Below, piece by piece: positions 59,660-64,000 of a DNA stretch of 64,000 nucleotides. Below the pieces are notes generated by a model. The model saw only the letters and a program-made list of their open reading frames with translations, had not been told where the DNA came from and searched no databases. Numbering within the stretch: the first letter of the stretch is position 1; every line of letters begins with the position of its first letter. Both the position numbers and the translations under genes were made by a program. Origin of the DNA: Eledone cirrhosa (lineage: Eukaryota); the NCBI GenBank assembly GCA_964016885.1, contig OZ024740.1, positions 155,868,001 through 155,932,000 on the forward strand, given 5' to 3'.

Positions 59660-59876
59660 CATACACACATATATGTGTGTGTGTGTAAAACTCAGTCTTA
59701 GATAATTCATATGAACCTTACATATACATATATATAGTAGTAAAGTAATAAAGTAATAAGCAACATAAGGCAATTATTCCATTCACCAGTGGTCTCTTAA
59801 AAGCAAAAAAAAATTTGCCTTCAATCTTCAGAATGAAAAAAACCTGGTCTATCTACATATACATATACACACACAC

Positions 59877-59907
<31 letters not shown>

Positions 59908-62185
59908 AATATACATACACATACACATAGGTATGTGAAGGGCAAGGCAAAAAGAATATATGGGGGGCGGGAAGACATAGGAAAAGGTGAAATATAAGGG
60001 GAGATAAGGGAGAAAAAAATATATGCAAGAGTACAGAACGTAGATTCAGCAAAATAAAAAAAACCGTAGCAGAAGTAAAGAGCAGGAAAGGAGTTCAAGG
60101 CGGTTGATTTATCATAGGAGTGTCAATCCAGTTACAGATCAGATGCGATTTCAGATGAGGACAGCATCTGAAGATCTCAGTCTTTGAGTTAAGGCAAGCG
60201 GAAGTGGCTCTCTAGTTTAGCAAAATCCTATATTTTTCTGTGGTACACAAAGAACAATTCTTTGTGCCCCTTTGGTACTCCCTCAAATGGTCTAATATAG
60301 ACCAATCGATAGAGTACGGGATGTTACTATCCTTGACTTCCCACACCTTACTTGCGAGGCCCGTTGATGTTCGTTTATCGGAGTGCTTAAAAAGAAGCGA
60401 CATGTGAGTAAAATCTGGTTTTAAACCTGTCCTTTGTTCTCGTATGGTTTGAACTGGTGATTTTGGACTTCATAGATGGGCAACTAGAGTAGCTGATCTT
60501 AACTACGTTCCTATTAAATATCTTATAATATCTATGATTAGGAGGAACATGTTTGTCTAAGAGTTCAAATGAATTTCCTTCCTACCTCAATTTTTGACAG
60601 TTAGAGAGAAGGGGTGTGTGAACCAAATAATCTTCCTTTTCCTGTTATTGTGGTTAGTTTTCGGGGGGGGGGGGGGAGTAGGTAAATAAGAAATTTTATC
60701 TGTAAAACCGCTGTTCTTAAGGGCTTTATTATAATAAGGGACGACTTTATTAAAAATGTCTATAGACGAAGATAAGGTAGAAATCCTACGGCTAATGTTA
60801 GGAATAAGATTATTAAAAACTATAGGGGGATGGCAAGACTCTTTGTGTATATACCTAAGATTTTCATTAGGTTTATGATAGGGTTTAAAAGAGGCGGTAG
60901 GTAGATCAAGATTAATATCAAGAAAGTTAGCATTAGTAAGGTTCGTATCTATAGTGATTTTAAGGTTAAGATTAGCAAAAGTATTGATTAAATCTTTACG
61001 GAATTTATCAAGATTATGGGAGTTGGTGGTATGAGAAACTGCTAATCCGTCATCACGGTATAAACCGATATTATGGGAAAGAAATTTCTCTTTGAGGGTG
61101 TGGAATAGGAATAATCCTACTAAGTCACACACATCCGCACTGTCATATGAACCCATTGCAACATCAAAAGAGTTTTCAGGGTTTGACTTTTTAACCCAAA
61201 TATTATCATTAGTAAAGAGTAAAGTTTTTCTAGCATGAAAGATAATGTCTTCTTCTAATTTAGAAATATTAATGAAGGGTCTTGCAAAATCTAAGGCATT
61301 AGTTAATAAGGAAACAGTAATAGAGGGGTAAAAATCGACAATATCAAATTGGGTAAATCTACACTTATTTTTACCTTGTATATTATTAAACCCAACAAAT
61401 AACAGAGGAAGTATTTAGCCACTGTGATAGGTCAGTGTTAGTTCTAATTTGGAGAATTATTTTTCTTAAGATTTTTTTACTTGCAAATATACCAATAAAT
61501 ATCAATTAACTAATAATAATACCTACAATACTATCAATAAAGAAGCTAAAGAACTAGCTAGTTCTTTAAAAATAGACAACCGGATTGAAAGCCTAGCTAA
61601 GCGTAAAGATATATTACCCTTAAAGACCATAAATTGGACTTTACTAATCGACCTAGTTGTAGACTGATTAACCCGGCTAAATCCGAGGTTGGCCTTGCAA
61701 GTAAAAAAATCTTAAGAAAAATAATTCTTATTTAAAAATTTCTTATTTACCTACTCCGCCCCGAAAACTAACCACAATAACAGGAAAAGGAAGATTATTT
61801 GGTTCACAACCCCCTTCTCTCTAACTGTCAAAACTAATGTAGGAAGGAAATTCCTTGAACTCTTAGACAAACATTTTCCTCCTAATCATAGATATTATAA
61901 GATATTTAATAGGAACGTAGTTAAGATCAGCTACTCTTGTTGCCCATCTATGAAGTCCAAAATCACCAGCTCAAAATCACCAGCTCAAACCATACGAGAA
62001 CAAATCCAGGATGCAGTTGCAGGAAGCCAGATGAATGCCCATTGCAGGGTAAATGTAACACCAAATCTGTTGTTTATGAGGCTAAAATAACACCGGTAAT
62101 CAACAACCAGCCAGCCAGGAGTGAGCGATATGTCGGTATGACCCAGGACAGGTTTAAAACCAGATTTTACTCACATGTCGCTTAG
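58516..62185 (-). mobile_element. Rearranged Naiad-type PLE: minus-strand RT/EN with a duplicated HHR-like 3' end, plus an inverted deleted copy (~61480-62185, +)
   Basis: FDVAMGSYDSADVCDLVGLF, GLYRDDGL, RKIIWF, CSCR..CPLQGKC, YVGMT..FKTR and CSLCTTEK. Degenerate HHRs at 58548-58607 and 59777-59838. Confidence 0.85.
60150..61480 (-). pseudogene. Naiad-type RT and GIY-YIG remnants
   Basis: ORFs 60587-61156 and 60212-60403, plus upstream FTQFDIVDFYPSI. Confidence 0.88.
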
Positions 62186-62639
62186 TTAAAAGCTAAAGTC
62201 GTGGCGTAGAATCGCCGCAGGTCGAACGACTTATCGGAGGGATTATAAAAAGTAGAGTTCCAGGCTGCTGCTTTATGTGTACTAGTGCTATTGTTAGTTG
62301 TGTTGTTTCTATTTCTATTTCCACCAACAGCCTCATGGTTGTTTCTATGCCTCTCATTATTACTCCTGTCTCTTTCCTCTGAATCATTGTTATTATCTAC
62401 TCTATTTTGTGTGTCTGTGTGTTCGTCTTGGTTATTTTCTCTGTCCATAGTCTCCCTTCTCCATTCAATCCTATTACCTTCCCTTATTTCTGTGCTACTG
62501 TCATTACCTGTTTTCTGTGTCTGTGTTTGTTAAGATTGTGGTGGTGGTGAGAGGCACTTAATGTGTGTGTGTGTGTGTGTGTTGTTGTTGTTGATGTGTG
62601 TTGTTGTTGTTGTCTCCGTGTATGTTATTATGAATGTGT

Positions 62640-62872
62640 GACGAAAGAACTTTGACAATATATAAACAACCATCTGGTTGTGGAACCAACCAACCAACCG
62701 GAAATTTATAAATTCCTAAATTTATAAATTTATTATAATAAATTGAAGTGAAAGCAACTGGTGCGTGTGTTTCTTATTGGCAACATGACCCTCCCAAACT
62801 ATAACAATATCAGTTTCAACACACGTTTTCAGATAAAGTATCTTATCTTGCTAAACAAATTCAGAAACGAAA
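62640..62872 (+). repeat. PLE 3' end fragment related to 13883-14150
   Basis: Shares acgaaagaactttga (HHR 3' half) and tataacaatat..gtttc.acacacg.tttca.at. Confidence 0.5.
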
Positions 62873-62880
62873 TATATATA

Positions 62881-62956
<76 letters not shown>

Positions 62957-62978
62957 ATATATATTTATAAATATATAT

Positions 62979-63543
62979 ATAAACGGAAAAAATGAAACGA
63001 AATTTCATTTCCCACTCTTAGTACGGCTGTTACTTAAATATAAGTATGTATACGTACATAAATATATGTATACAGACGTACAGTAGTATGTATATATATA
63101 TACATACATGCACACATATATATATGTACGTATGGATTCACCGAACATTTATTATAATGCTCGGTGTGTTTGTAAACAAACATCCCGTATTAAGCCGTAG
63201 TGTCTAGCAACCATCGTTGCTCATTTGTTCAACACTGACAAAGGAACGCTGTACTAGTTTCAAGCTTATTAGCTATCGTCAGCAACGTATACCTTCCTGC
63301 CATATGATTGAACGTCTGAAAGTATATACTTTCCTTATGCATATTAACGGCTGAGCAGCCTAATTTACATATCGAGTGGGTTAATCGGCCGGGTGCACCG
63401 AAAACGATAAACGGAAAAAATCAAACGAAATTTCATTTCCCACTCTTAGTACGGCTGTTACTTAAATATAAGTATGTATACGTACTTACATATATGTATA
63501 CAGACGTACAGTAGTATGTATATATATATATACATACATGCAT

Positions 63544-63545
<2 letters not shown>
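62979..63545 (-). mobile_element. Third, diverged locus of the 466-bp HHR family (1.3 x 428 bp)
   Basis: Unit starts at 62981 and 63409. Collinear with 5065-5530. Confidence 0.8.
63247..63287 (-). ncRNA. Minimal type I hammerhead ribozyme
   Basis: cgttg-CTGACGA-t-agct-aata-agct-t-GAAA-ctag-TA-cagcg. Stem I shows a double change relative to the 5370 copy. Confidence 0.85.
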
Positions 63546-63603
<58 letters not shown>

Positions 63604-63727
63604 TCATTAGATAAGCAAAACAAGACCACAAATTTCACAAGGAAGACATTATTAAAAAATTGTCAACATATTTTAGTTTGATGTAAGGAAGGTAGAGAAC
63701 AATAATAATAATAATATTAATAATAAT

Positions 63728-64000
63728 AATTGTTTCTACTTTAGGCACAAGGCCAGCAATCACCCAATGCATTACTGGTATTTTATTTTATCGACCCGGT
63801 AAGGATGAAAGGCAAAGTCAACCTCCGCGGGATTTGAACTCAGATCGTAAAGGCACCTAACTATGCTGGAAAATATGGCGTCTGACCCTCTACCGATACT
63901 GCCAATCCACCGCCCTTAATAATAATATTAATAATAATTGTTTATATTTTAGGCACAAGGCCAGCAATTAACCAGTCCATTACTGGTACTTTATTTTATC
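63728..64000 (-). mobile_element. Tandem tRNA-derived SINE copies (second cut by the window end)
   Basis: A box tggcagtatcggtag and B box gagttcaaatccc on the minus strand. Confidence 0.85.

Noticed and set aside
63830-63916. tRNA gene
   Set aside because: A/B boxes are present but there is no cloverleaf. It is the head of a high-copy SINE.

Overview
Repeat-dense eukaryotic non-genic DNA. The tRNA-derived SINE family and the (TA)n/(CA)n landscape suggest a cephalopod mollusc, probably an octopod (inference). No host gene can be supported, and most short ORFs are microsatellite artefacts. The window is dominated by Penelope-like retroelements (PLEs; RT plus C-terminal GIY-YIG, both Naiad-type YRDD and YVDD types) and their non-coding derivatives. 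It also holds a CR1/L2-type LINE fragment, CRE-type RLE elements, an RTE remnant, Helitrons, hAT MITEs and SINEs. Reading both strands by eye gives about 28 type-I hammerhead ribozyme (HHR) motifs, intact or degenerate, from roughly 14 sequence families. Several sit in 310-530 bp non-coding tandem units resembling non-LTR retrozymes, and diverged copies show compensatory base changes. Most HHR-bearing insertions are fold-back structures whose two 3' ends point outward into (TA)n tracts. Folds were deduced manually and boundaries are approximate.
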